Assembly: GCA_009914755.4 (NCBI GenBank)
Contig: CP086569.2
Span: 8,384,001 to 8,448,000, forward strand
Direction: 5' to 3'
Length of the DNA stretch: 64,000 nucleotides
Source: the human T2T-CHM13v2.0 reference genome, Homo sapiens
In this document: positions 1 through 12,574 of the stretch, one piece after another
Position numbering within the stretch: the first letter of the stretch is position 1
How the letters are laid out: every line of letters starts with the position of its first letter
Translations under genes and position numbers: made by a program
The notes under the pieces: model-generated
The model's input: the letters and a program-made list of their open reading frames with translations, nothing else
Told to the model about the DNA's origin: nothing
Database searches by the model: none

Positions 1-3000
1 GAAATGTTTAGTGTGAAAGAGGTTGAGTCACACACAGGATACCCTAGGCTGATGAGGAACATGGAAGACAGGAAAAGAAGAGGCAAGTGTGGAGACCACA
101 TCCCACTCAGCATCAGTCCATCCCACTCCCATTTGTCTGTGGGTATGAAAGCTTTCAAATCCAGAGTTTGCCAGGTCATCCCCAGCTTGCAGTCCAAATG
201 TTTCCTGCACTTTGGAGTACTTCCAACTGACCACTGGGCTATGGAGTTGGAAGCACCTTCTATTTCATTTGTCTTCATTTTTCTTTCAGGTGAAATTGTG
301 AGACCCCATGCACCTCTCAACAGACTGTGTCCTCACCAGTATCTGACCTTATATCTGCTCACACTTTATGTCCCAGGATGAAATCCCAAGATGATAAAAA
401 GTGCTCCCCCCATCCCCAGATGTAAATCAGCTGCTCAGCTTGGAAGTGAATTCGAGGTTAATTCAAGTGGCCCTGTGGAAGGACTGCTAGTGTCTCTCCC
501 TGGGTTGGCTGCAAGAAAATGAAACACTGGGAGATATCTGTTTTTCAGTGTGGTGTTCTCCTCTTCTTTCTAGAAGAATGGCTTTTTTCCACACAAAATG
601 CCACACACACTCAGACATCCAACATTCATAACTCTCCTACAGAAACACACACCCAGCAGCTACTAAGGCTGCATTGTTGTGCAGGAAGCACCACCTGAGA
701 GAGAGCCCCACAGCCCAGGCAGAGCCACACACAGAAGCCACCAAAAGGTTGAGAAATTCAAAAAAGAAGGAAGCACTGAAGTGTGTTAGCAACATTCCTT
801 TAAGCAGACTGCACTTACAGTCACACACATACCCCCCCACACACACACTTACAATGCCACACACACAGAGACAGATATTCAACCCTCACAGCACTCAACC
901 AGAAAGGTTGGGAGATTGAAAAAAAAAAAAGAAAGGTTGAAGTGTGTTAGCCACGTTATTTTAAGCACAGACCATTTACAGGCACACACACACACAAACA
1001 CACAATGCCCGATACATACACAGACATTCAACACTTGCAACACTCCCACAAAAGAAAATAAAGCTGGGCAGTGCCTGTGGTTGTGTGGTTCTACAGGAAT
1101 CCCAACCTGGGAGCGAGCAACCCCAAGAAACACAGGAGAACTGTACCCAGAAATCACAGTGGGGCAAGTTTCAAAAAGACTCACCCCTAGTACATCTAGG
1201 CAGGCCTGAGGATTTCTGCATATCTTTTTGCATCCTTAGGAATTTCACTGTGTGTTCCTGGAGCTGTGCGTGACTCCTCCAAGCAGCTTGGAGGAGTGCA
1301 ACCCCAAGATGTGAATCTCCTGCTCATCTAGGAACCGAATTCGAGGTAAGTTCAAGTGGGCCTGTGGCCAGGACTGCTAGTGTCTCTCTCTGGGTTCCTG
1401 GGTTGGCTGAAGGAATGAATCACTAGGAGATGTCTCTTTTCTTGCGTGGTGTGCTCCTCTTTTTCTAGAAGAGTGGCTTTTTTTTTTTTCACTGGGAGGT
1501 GATTTGGAAGGCTGAGAGTCTCAGTCCACCTCCCAATTCACTGCGGATTCATGATCCACAGAAAAGTAAAGAACACGGAGCCCCACATCCCAAGCACAGC
1601 CACATTGATCACCCAACATAATGTTGGAAGGTTCAAAAGAGAAGAAGTGCTGAAGTGCATTAGCCACATTATTTTAAGCAGAGTCTACTTACAGGCACAT
1701 AGACACACACACACAGGCACACACATACAAACACACAATACCAAAAACACACACAGACATCCAACACTCACAACACTCCCTCATATAAACACACACTGGC
1801 AGTACCTAAGGCTATGTGGTTCTGCAGGAATCCCCACCAGGGAAAGAGCAGCCCCCAGAAAAACATTCGGGCTGTACCTAGAAATCACTCTAGGGCAAGT
1901 GTCAAAAAGACTCACTCCTACAACCTCTAGGCAGTTTTGAGGAATCCTGCAGATCTTTTGCATCCTTACAGATTTTGTAGTTTATTGCTGGGGCTGTACT
2001 TGACCTTTCTTCAGACTGGCTCACATCTGCCCTCTCCTAGGATCATGGGATTGTCTCAGGGATCCCACAGCAGAGACAGGCGAGAGATCAAAGCTGATGC
2101 ACCTCCACGGAAGTCTACTTCCCTGCCAAGCTGCAGGGACTTGTTGCTAGGCAACGGTGACATTTACTGTGATGCTAGCCAGAGCTTACAATCGGGCCTG
2201 GTGCCCTGAGACTAGCACGTGCACATTTGTGCGCAAGGCTTGGGGGCCAGGCGGTCAGAGCTATCAGCCTACCTAAGCAGAGGAAAATGGTACAGGCAGA
2301 GCCGACCTGGTATCAAAAAAGAGGCTGCCTGGAAAAACCTACTGTGGGACCCTAAAACTCGAACTGATGGACTATCTAGGCAGTCTCCGTGGTTGGGTCT
2401 TCCTGCAGGCAAAAGCGTTTTGTTAATGTGAGGTGGTCACAGGAAACTTCTCTTCTGACTCCATTCAAGAAAGACCTGAGTGCAAGAATTGTGTTCCAAC
2501 CAGATTGGAATACAGTTGGGAGTGTTGTTGTGGGTTATTTGGGTGACAGAATAATACCTGAGACCCCAGAGGCAGGTGTCAGTGAAAGATTAGGTCGGGC
2601 TCTTGACCTCACTTCCTCTCTTCATCCTGGGCCTCACAGCCACCCTCTTGTAATAGCAGGAACCAGGACAAAGGCAAGCTCAAGTTGGAGCAGTGTTCTC
2701 ACACCTCAGACTGGCCTCTCATGAATGCAAATTTGAGGTTGAGACAGTGTGTCAGACGCCATCTGTAGTGATGGCAAGCCTGAAAAGGGTGTTTAGTGGT
2801 GCTATTGATGGGCACTGTGGATTCACCATGAAAGCAAAGGAAAATCAATTTTTGCCAGAGAATGAGCTGCCTTGTGCTGGATCCCAAGCAATGTTCAGTG
2901 ATTCCTGTCAGAGGACCCAAAAGATTCCTGCAAAGTGCAAACAACCTCAGCCCCACAATGAGACAAGAACCCACAACCTGGAGCACTGATTTTTTTTGAA

Positions 3001-3343
3001 ATCTCTGAAATCCATGGCAGCTAAATAATCTGTGGTGAGAGGCAGTCCAATCTAGCAACATCCCAATGAAAGAGTCCCTTCACAATGAGAAGTCTGTGTA
3101 GATGATCTGAAACAGCCTATATTACCAGGAAAAAGCAAGATACAGTTGCCTGCTTCTCATCCTGAAGGAATCACACAGCCCTCAGATAAAAGTGGGAGAA
3201 TAAGAGTTTTCTTGTTGGTGGCTGTAACAGGAATTTATGATTTTAAAACTATCACAGCTTCCCAGTCATTAAAACTTGACAGTGCTTAGAGGAAAACACT
3301 CACACAATGGTTTCCCACAAGGATCGTTCTCTGTGAACTGGAA
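1..3343 (+). repeat. Array unit 1. It is 5'-truncated by the window edge and expanded to over 3.3 kb by local re-duplication of an internal sub-block.
   Basis: The block 'ccaaaaggttgggaga(t/c)tcaaaaaa...gaagtgctgaagtg(c/t)attagccac...ttaagcagac..cacttacag(g/t)cacacaca' plus (CA)n plus '...caacactcacaacactccc' occurs three times, at about 715-900, 900-1200 and 1590-1930. The block 'gaaccgaattcgaggtaagttcaag' occurs twice, at about 440 and 1330. Confidence 0.85.
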
Positions 3344-5874
3344 ACTTTTAGTTTGTACATCATTGAGCCAAACCCAGGAAACACTATGCTAATAAAAAAC
3401 ATAAACATCAGAAAAGAAAGAGGCAAGTGTGGAGGTCACATCTCACCCAGCTTTAATCCATTCCACTCCCACTTGGCTCCAGTATGAAAGCTGTCAAATT
3501 GGGAATTTGCCAGGATGGCCCCAATTTCTACTCCAAATGCTCCTTGCACATTGGAATACTACCATCTGAACACCAGGCCATGGTGTGGACTGCTTGTGCA
3601 ATTAAGGGAATGTGGGGATAAGTTTGAAAGCATCTTCTGTGTCATCTGTCTTCATTTTTTTTTTTTTTTTTGCCGGTGAAGTTGCAGGGCCCCATCATCA
3701 TCCACCAGATTGTATCCTCACCCTATCTTACTTTATTGCTACTCACACTCTGTTTCAGGTTGAAATCCCAAAATGATGGAGGAGTGCCCACTCATGACAT
3801 GAAGCACCTGCTCAGCTGGGAGCCGAATGTGAGGCAAATTCAAGGTGCCCTGTTGAACAGGATTGCTAATGTCTCTCCCTGGGTTTGCTGCAGGATGATG
3901 AAACACTGGGAAATGTCTGGTTTTTTTTTGGTATGGTGTGCTCCTCTTCTGTCTAGAGGAGTGGCATGGTTTTTTTTTTTTTTTTCTTTTTTTTTTTTTC
4001 AGAGGGAGGTTATTTATCTGGATGCCGACACTTTTCAGCATGCCTCCCAATCCACTGCAGATTCATGATCCACAGAGAAATAAAGAATGTGCGGTGACAC
4101 AGCCCAAGGTTAGCCACACAGACAGGCTACCAAAACTTCGGAAGACAAACATACAAACAAGCAAAAATGCTTTAGTGCATTAGCCACATTCTTATTTGCT
4201 TATATGCAGACTCCACTTATGTGGCACACACACACACACACCCAATGCCACACAGACACGCAGACATTCCAACATGCAGATATTGCAAACTCACAACTGT
4301 CCCACAGAAACACATAAACCAGGAGCTCCTGAGGCTATGTGGTTCTACAAGAACCCCTATCGGGAGAGAGCTGCCCCAGGGAACACAGGCAGTCTGTACT
4401 TAGAAATCACAGTGGGACAAGTTTCAAAAAACTCAACCCTATGACGTCTAGGCAGGCCTGAGGAATCCTGCAGATCATTTTGGATCCTTAGGGATTTTGC
4501 TGTTTATTCCTGGGGTTGTGCTTGATGTTTCTTCAGGCTGGGTCACATCTGTCCTCTCCTAAAATCATGGGACTATCCCATGGATCCCACGGAGAAGACA
4601 GGCAACATTTCACTCCCTATGCACATCCATGGAGGTCTCCTTCACCAAGCTACAGAGACTTGTCGCTAGTCAAAGATGACATTCATATTGATGCATGCCA
4701 GAGTTCACAATGATGCCTGGTGCCCTGAGGGTAGCACATGAACACTTGCATTCATGAGGCAGGCTAGGGCACGTGGCTCTCAGAGTTATCAGCCTGCATA
4801 AGTAGAGCATATTCATACAGGCAGAATCTGCATGGTATTAGGAAAAAGGCTGCCTGAGAAAAGCCACTGTGGGACCCTAAAACTCTCTACCTCAGGGACC
4901 CTCTGACCCATCTCCATGGTTGGGTTCTGCTGGAGGAGGAGGCATTTTGTGACTGTGAGTTGGTCACTAGAAATTGCTCTTATGACTCTATTCCCAAAAC
5001 AGGTTGTGTGCAAGAATTGGGTCCCATGGGGATTATAATATAGTCTGGTATGTTGTTGAGGGTTCTTTGTGTGATAGAATTATACCTGAGACCCCAGAGG
5101 CTGGTGTCATGAAAAGATGGCCAGGCTCTTGACCTCACTGCCTCCCTTCATCTTTGACCCCGCAGGGGCTCTCTGGGAAAGGCAGGAACTATGATAAAGG
5201 CAATTCAAAGTTGGATCAGTGTTCTCACATCTCGTACTGCCCTCTCTGGAGTGCAGATGAAGTTGAGACAGTGTTTCAGAGATGGTTTGTGGCAACGGCA
5301 AGCCTGAAAAGAGTGTCTGTAGTGCTGTTAAGGGGCAATGTGGATTCTCCATGAAAGCAAAGAAAAATCAAGGCTCACCTGAGAGAACGAGCTGCCTTCT
5401 TCTGGAGTCCAAGCAATGTTCAGTGATTCCTGTCAGAGAACCCACAAACTTCTGGCAAAGTGCAAACATTCACAGCCTCTACAAAAAGACAATGACAGAC
5501 AACTTGCACTGCAGCCAGAACACCGAATTTTCCTTTTGCTCTCTGAAATCCCTGGCAGCTAAATAATCTGTGGCCAGAGGCAGTCCCATCCAGCAACAGC
5601 TCAATGAAAGTGATCCTCTACAATGAGGAAGTCATGCAGATTAAATGAAACAGAAGCTCGATTACCAGGCAAAAGCCAGACACTGCTGCCCACTTTTCAT
5701 CCTACAAGAATCATGCAGCCCTCTGATAGAAGTGGGAGAACAAGAGTTTTCTTGTTTGTGGCTGTAACAGGAATTCAGAGTTTAAAAAAATTTCAAAGCT
5801 TCCCAGTCATTAAAACATGATGGTGGTTATAAGAAAACACTCATGCAATGGATTTTCATGAGGGTCATTTTCTG
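3344..5874 (+). repeat. Array unit 2, about 2.53 kb, near full length.
   Basis: The anchor motif is at 3344 and the next is at 5875. All internal landmarks are present once. Confidence 0.9.
3965..3999. repeat. Poly-T tract. It is an example of the two poly-T tracts that recur in each unit.
   Basis: 'tttttttttttttttctttttttttttttc'. Equivalent tracts lie at about 3653-3671, 1484-1497, 35361-35386, 42745-42768 and 18776-18790, among others. Confidence 0.9.
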
Positions 5875-7539
5875 TGAACTGGGAAACATTTATTGTGGAA
5901 GCCGTTGAGCCAGATCTAGAGAGCCCTGGTCCAAGGAGGAACATGGATGTCAGTAAAGGAAGAGGCAAGTGTGAAGGCCACATCCACCCAGCATCAATCC
6001 ATTCCACTCACATTTGTCTCTGAATAAAAATCCCTCAAATCATGAGTTTGCCATGATGGCTCCAACTTCTACTCCAAAGTTTTCTTCAATGTTGGAGTAC
6101 TCTGACTTGAACACCGGGCCACGGTGTGGGCTGCTTTTGCAATTAAGGGAATGCAGTGATGGAGTTGGAAGCACTTTCTGTGTCACCTATCCTTATTTTT
6201 TTTTTTGCAAGTCAGGTTGTGGGTCCCCATCCACCCCTCACCAGATTGTATCCTCATCCCTATCTGACATTCTTCTTCACACACTGTACTTGACATATTT
6301 TCAAAATGGCTCATGTCTACCCTCCCCTTGAATCATGGAACTCTCCCTTTGATCCCACAGAGAAGACAGGTGAGAGTCCACTGCTGACAGATGTCCATGG
6401 AGGTCTCCTTTTCCGCCAAGATGCAGGGCTTTTTTCTACACAATGGTGACCTGCGTTGTGATGCTAGACAGAGCTCACAATCAAGCCTGGTGACCTGAGA
6501 CTAGCCCTTGTGCATTCATAAAGCAGGCTCGGGCCGGTGGCTGTCACAGTTGTCAGCCTGCCTAAGCACAGCAAGAGCCGGCCTGTTATCTGGAAAAATG
6601 CTGCCGTGAAAAGCCACAGTGGGATCCTAAAAGTCTCAAATTCAGTCCTCCTCCAGACAGTCTCAATGGTCAAGTCCTGCTGGAGGAGGAGGCCACTTGA
6701 GACTGTGAAGTGGTCAAGGGAAACTTCTCTTCTTATTCCATTCCTGAAGGAAGCTGTGTGCATGAATCAGGTCCCATGGGGAATGAAATATAGTCTGGAG
6801 TGTTTTTGACGGTACTTTGGGTGATAGAATCATACCTGAGACCCCAGAAGCAGGTGTCAGTGAAAAATGGCTGGGCTCTTGATCCACTGCCTCCCTCATC
6901 CTGGGTTTTGAAGGGCATCTCTGGGAAAGGCAAGAACCAAGAAAAGGGCAATTCCAAGGTGGAACAGCGTTCTTAACCCTCGGACTGTCCTCTCTCTGTG
7001 TAGATGAGGTTACAACTGTATCTCAGAGAATGTCTATAGAGATGGAAGCCTGAAATGTGTGTTCAGTAGTGCTGTTGAGGGCCACAGTGGATGCCCCATG
7101 AAAGACTTGAAAAATCAAGGATTGCCTGAGAGAATGAGCTGTTGTTTTGGAGTCCAAACAATGTTCATTGAATCCTGTCAGAGGACCCACAAGCCTCCTA
7201 CAAAGTGCAAATATTCTTAGCCCCCATAAAGAAACAATGACCCACAACCTATAATGCAGCCAGCCTACCCAAAGTCCATTTGGCTCTCTGAAATCCCTAG
7301 CATCTAAATAACCTGTGTTAAGAGGCAGTCCCATCCAGCAACAGACCAATGAAAGAGCCCCTCCACAATGAGAAGGCCATGAAGATGAAAAGAATAAGAG
7401 GCCAGATTAACAGACAGAAGCCAGGCATTGCTTCCTGCTTCTTATCCTACAGGAATCTTGCAGCCCTCCAATGGAAGTGAGAGAGCCAGTGTTAAGAAGA
7501 AAACACTTATGCAATGGATACCCCTGAGGGTCGTTTTTC
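5875..7539 (+). repeat. Array unit 3, about 1.67 kb, short. It lacks the sub-block that runs from the poly-T tract through the (CA)n tract.
   Basis: After 'gcaagtcaggttgtgggtccccatccacccctcaccagattgtatcctcatccctatctgac' at about 6210-6290, the sequence jumps straight to 'ttcttcacacactgtacttgacatattttcaaaatggctcatgtctaccctcc'. Roughly 0.85 kb present in the other units is absent. Confidence 0.8.
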
Positions 7540-9976
7540 ATGAACTGGGAAATGTTTAGTGTAGAATTAATTGAGCTAGACTCAGGAAACCCTAGGTCAA
7601 TGAGAAAAATGGTAGTCAGAAAAAGAAGAGGAAAGTCTGGAGGCCAAATTCCACACAGCATCAATCCATTCCACTCCCATTTGACTCTGGGTATGAAAGT
7701 TATCAAATCAGGAGTTAGCTAGGATGGCCCCAATTTACACACCAAAAGTTTCTTGCAGGTTCATGCACCTGAACATCAGACCATGGTGTGGACTGCTTGT
7801 GCAATTGAAGGAATGTGGGAATGGTGTTGAAAGCACCTTCTTTGTCATCTGTCTTCCTTTGCATTGCAGGTGAAGTTGCAGGACCCAATCCACCCCTCAA
7901 TAGATTGTATCCTCACACCTATTTCACCATATTACTTCTAACACTCTATGTCCCAGGATGCAATCCTAAGATGATGGAGGAGTGCCTCTTCACAAAGTGA
8001 AGTACCTGATCAGATGGGAACCTAATTCAAGGTAAATTACAGGGGCCCAGCAGATAGGATGCCTAGTCTGTCTGTCTGGGTTGGCTGCAGGACAATAAAA
8101 TACAGAAAAATGTCTGTTTTTTGGTGTGGTGTCTTCCTCTTTTTTCTAAAAGAGTGGCTTTTTTTTTTTCCAGAGGGAGGTTATTTGGATGCTGATGGGT
8201 CTTGGCATGCCTCCCAATTCACAGTGGATTTATAATGCACAGATAAATGAAGAAAACAAGACCCCAGAGCCCAAGAAAAGCCACACAGGGCAGCCACCAA
8301 AAGGTTAGGAGTCTCAAAAAAAAGAAGCACTGAAGTGCTTTAACCATGTTCCTTTAAGAAGACTCCGCTAAAAGGCACACACAAACACACACAAAATGCT
8401 AAACACATATGCAGAAAACACTCTCACAGAAACACATAGCCAAGCAGCTCCTGAAGCTGTGTGGTTCTGCAGGTAGCCCCACGTCGGGGAGAGCAACCCC
8501 AGCTAACACAGTCAGGATGTACCTAGAAATCACAGTGGGACAAGTTTCAAGAAACCTCACTCCTACAACATTTAGGTAGGTCTGAGGAATCCTGAAGAAC
8601 GTTTTAGATCCTTAGGGATTCCGCGGTTTATTCCGGGGGCTGGGCTTGAGGTTTATTCAAGCTGGCTCGTGTCTGCTCCCTCCTAGATTCGTGGGACTAT
8701 CCCATGGATCTACAGAGAAGATAGGCAAGAGTCCACCACCGATGCACCTCCACAAAAGTCTCCTCTGCCAAGCTTCAGGCACTTGTCACTATGCACCAGT
8801 CACAATCACTGTGATGCTAGCAAGGGCTCACAATCAGTCCTGGTGCCCTGAGACTAGAACATGCACATTCGTGAGGCAGGCTCTGGTGCCCATTTGTCAG
8901 AGCTGTCATCCTGTCTAAGCAGAGGAAAATAGTGCAGGCAGAGCCAGCCTGGTATCAGAAAAATTCTGACTGCAAAAACCCACTGCAGGCCCCTAAAAGT
9001 CTAGACATCAGGACCAATTCGGGCCATCTCCATGGTCAGTTTTCACTGGAGGAGGAGGCATTTCAAGACTGTGAGGTGGTTGCTAGAAACTGATCTTCTC
9101 ACTATATTCCCAAAAGAGAATGTGTGTGTGCAAGAATTGGGTCACATGCGGATTGGAATATAGTTTGGTGTGTAGTTGAGTGTTCTTTGAGGGATAGAAT
9201 CTTACCTGAGACCCCAGAGGCATGTGACAGTGAAAGATGGCTGGGCTCTTGACATCACTGACTGTCTTCATCTCAGGCCTCCCATTGGCTCTCTGGGAAA
9301 GGCAGGAACATGACAAAGGCAAGTCCAAGGTGGAGTAATGTTCTCACACCTTGGACTGTCCTCTCAAGGGTGCAGATGAGGTTCAGACAGTGTATCCGAG
9401 ACCATCTGTGGTGATGGCAAGGATGAAAATGCTGAATATTAGTGCTGTCAAGATTCACTGTGAATTACCCACAAAAGCAAAGAATAATCAAGACTCGCCT
9501 GAAAGAATGAGCTGCCTTCTGCTGGAGTCAAAGCAATGTTCAATGATTCCCATCAGAGGACCTAAAAGCCTCCTACAATGTGCAAACAATCTCAGCCCCC
9601 ACAAGGAAGCAATGACCCACAACCTGGAGCGCAGGAAGCCTACCCACAGTCGCTTTTGCTCTCTGAAATCCCTGGCAGCTAAATAATCTGTGGTGAGAGG
9701 CAGTCACATCCAGCAACAGCCCAATGGAAGAGCCCTTCCACAATGAAAAGGCTGTGCAGTTGAAAGAAAATAGAGGCTAGATTAGCAGGCAAAAACCAGA
9801 CAAGTATTCTCATCCTGCAAGTATTATGCAGCCGTTCAAAAGAAGTAGGAGAAAAAGAGTTTCTTTGTTGGCAGCAGTAATGAGAATTTTTGGTTTCAAA
9901 ATATCAAAGCTGCCCAGTCATTAAAACGTGACAGTGTTTAGAAGGAAACACTCATGCAATGGATTCCCATGAGGGA
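7540..9976 (+). repeat. Array unit 4, about 2.44 kb.
   Basis: Bounded by anchor motifs, with landmarks in canonical order. Confidence 0.9.
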
Positions 9977-12574
9977 TATTCTCCGTGAACTGGAAAACCT
10001 TTAGTGTGAAAGTTGTTGAGCCAGACACAGGAAACTCTAAGTGGATGAGGAATATAGAAGTCACACAAAAAAAGAGGAAAATATGGAGGCCACATCCCAG
10101 CCAGCATCAATCCATTCCACTGGAATTGGTCTCGGAATATGAAAGCCCTCAAATCAGGAGTTTGCCAGGATGGACCCAAATTGCACTCCAAATGTCTGTT
10201 GCTCATTGGAGTATCGCCACCTGAACATGGGGTCATTGTGTGGACTGTGTGTGCAATTAAGGGAATGCAGGGATGGAGTTGGAAGACCTTCTGTGTCATC
10301 TGTCTGTATTTTTATTGTAGATGAATTACAGGACTCCAACCACCTTTCACCAGATTTTATCTCCACCCATATCTGACCTTATTGCTGCTCACACTCGATG
10401 TCCCAGGATAAAATCCCAAGATGATGGAGGAGTACCCCCTTACAACGTGAAGTACCTGCTCAGCTTGGAACCTAATTCAAGGTAAGTTCAAGTGTCCCTG
10501 CAGACAGGACTGCTAGTGTCTCCCCTTGTGTTTGCTGCAAGACAATGAAACACTGAAAAATGCCTGTTTTTTCTTTTTTCTTTCTTTCTTTTTTTTTGTG
10601 TGCGTGTGTGTGTGGTGTGCTCCTCTTCTTTCTGGAAGTGTGGCTATTTTGCAGGGGGAGATGATTTGGACGCCATGGGGAATTGGCCTGACTTCCAATT
10701 CATGTTGGATTCATAATTCACAGAAAAATAAAGAACATGAAGCTTTGTAGCCCAAGCAGATCCACGCAGACAGGCCACCAAAATGTTGGGAGACTCAAAA
10801 AAATAACGCTGAACTATGTTAGCCACATTGCATTAAGCAGACTCCCCTTACAGGCACACACACACACAAACACACACAAACACTCACAAACACACACAGA
10901 GAAACAGACAAAGTGCCACACACACGCAGACATCCAACACTCACAACACTCCCACAGAAACACACAGGCTGGCAGCTCCTGAGGCTGTGTGATTCTGAAG
11001 GTAACCTCACCTGCGAGAGAGCAACCCAGGGAAACATAGTTGGGCTATACCTAGAAATCAGTTTGGCAAGTTTCAAAAAGACTCACCTCTACAATGTCTA
11101 GGCATGCCTGAGAAATGCTGCAGATCTTTTTGGATCCTAGAGATTTTGCAGTTTATTCCTGGGGCTTTCCTTGATGTTTCTTCAGGCAAGCTTGCATGTG
11201 CCATTTCCTGGGGTCATGGGACAATCCCATAGATCAAACAGAGAAGACAGGCGAGAGTTCATGGCCAATGCATCTCCACAGAAGTCTCCTTATATGCCAA
11301 GATGCAGGGACTTGTCACTAGGCAATGGTGAAATTCATTGTGACACTCGTTAGAGCTCACAATCAGGCCTGGTTCCCTGAGACTGGAGCATGTGCCTTTG
11401 TGGGCAGGCTTGGAAGCCTGGCTGTAAGAGCTGTCACCCTGCCTAAGCAGAGGAAATTGGTACATGTAGAGCCAGACTGGTATCTGGGAAAATATTTCCT
11501 GTAGTAACCCACTGTGGAATGCTAAAAGTCTCATCCTTAGGACCCCTTGGATCATCTTTGTTCTTGGGTACCCCTGGAGGAGGTTGCTTTTTTTTTTTTA
11601 AGATGTTAAGTGTATATATGAAAAAGGAGGTTGCTTTTTCAGACTGTGAGTTGGTTCTGAAAAACTGCTCTTCTGACTCATTGCTGAAAGAAGCTGTGTG
11701 CAATAATCAGGTCCCATGGGGATTGGAATGTAGTCTGGTGATTTGTTTAGGTGTCTTTGGGTGATAGAATCATACCTGAGACCCCAGAGATGGGTGTCAG
11801 CAAAAGATGGCTGGGCCATTAACCTTACTGCCTCCCTTCATCCTGGGTTTCACAGGGTCTCTCTCAGATAGGCAGGAAACATGACAAAGGCAAGTCCAAA
11901 TTGGAGAAGTACTCTCACACCTCAAACTGGCCTCTCACACATGCAGATGAAGTTGAGAGAGGGTCTCAGTGGCTATCTGTGGTGATTGCAACCCTAGAAA
12001 TGGTGTCCAGTAGTGATAGTGAGTGGCACTGTGGACCCCCCGTGAAATCAAGAAAAATCAAGGTTTGCATGAGAGAACACACTACCCTGGGCTGGAGTCC
12101 AAGTAACGTTCAAAGATTCCTGTTAGAGGACCCAAAACCCTCCTGCAAAGTTCAAACAACCTTATCCCCCATAACAAGACCAAGACTCACAACCTGGAAT
12201 GCTGCCAGCCTATCTGAAATCCCTTGTCTTCTGGGAAATCCCTGGCATCCAATAAATTTATAGTGGGAGGCAGCCCCATCCAGCAACAGCCCAATGAAAG
12301 ACCCTCTACACATTGAGAAAGGACATGCAGATAAAAGGAAACAGAATCTGTATTACCAGGCAAAATCCAGACATGGCTGCCTGCTTCTCATCCTACAGAA
12401 ATCATGTAGGCCTCCAATAGAAGTTGGAGAGCAAGAGTTTCATTATTGGCAGCTGTAACAGGAATTTATGGTTTTAAAATTATCACAGCTGCCCAGTCAT
12501 TGAAACTTGACAGTGTTTAGAAGGAAACACTCATGCAATGGATTCCCTTGAGGGTCACCTTCCATGAACTGGGA
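9977..12574 (+). repeat. Array unit 5, about 2.60 kb.
   Basis: Bounded by anchor motifs. The (CA)n-like tract is at about 10855-10900. Confidence 0.9.
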
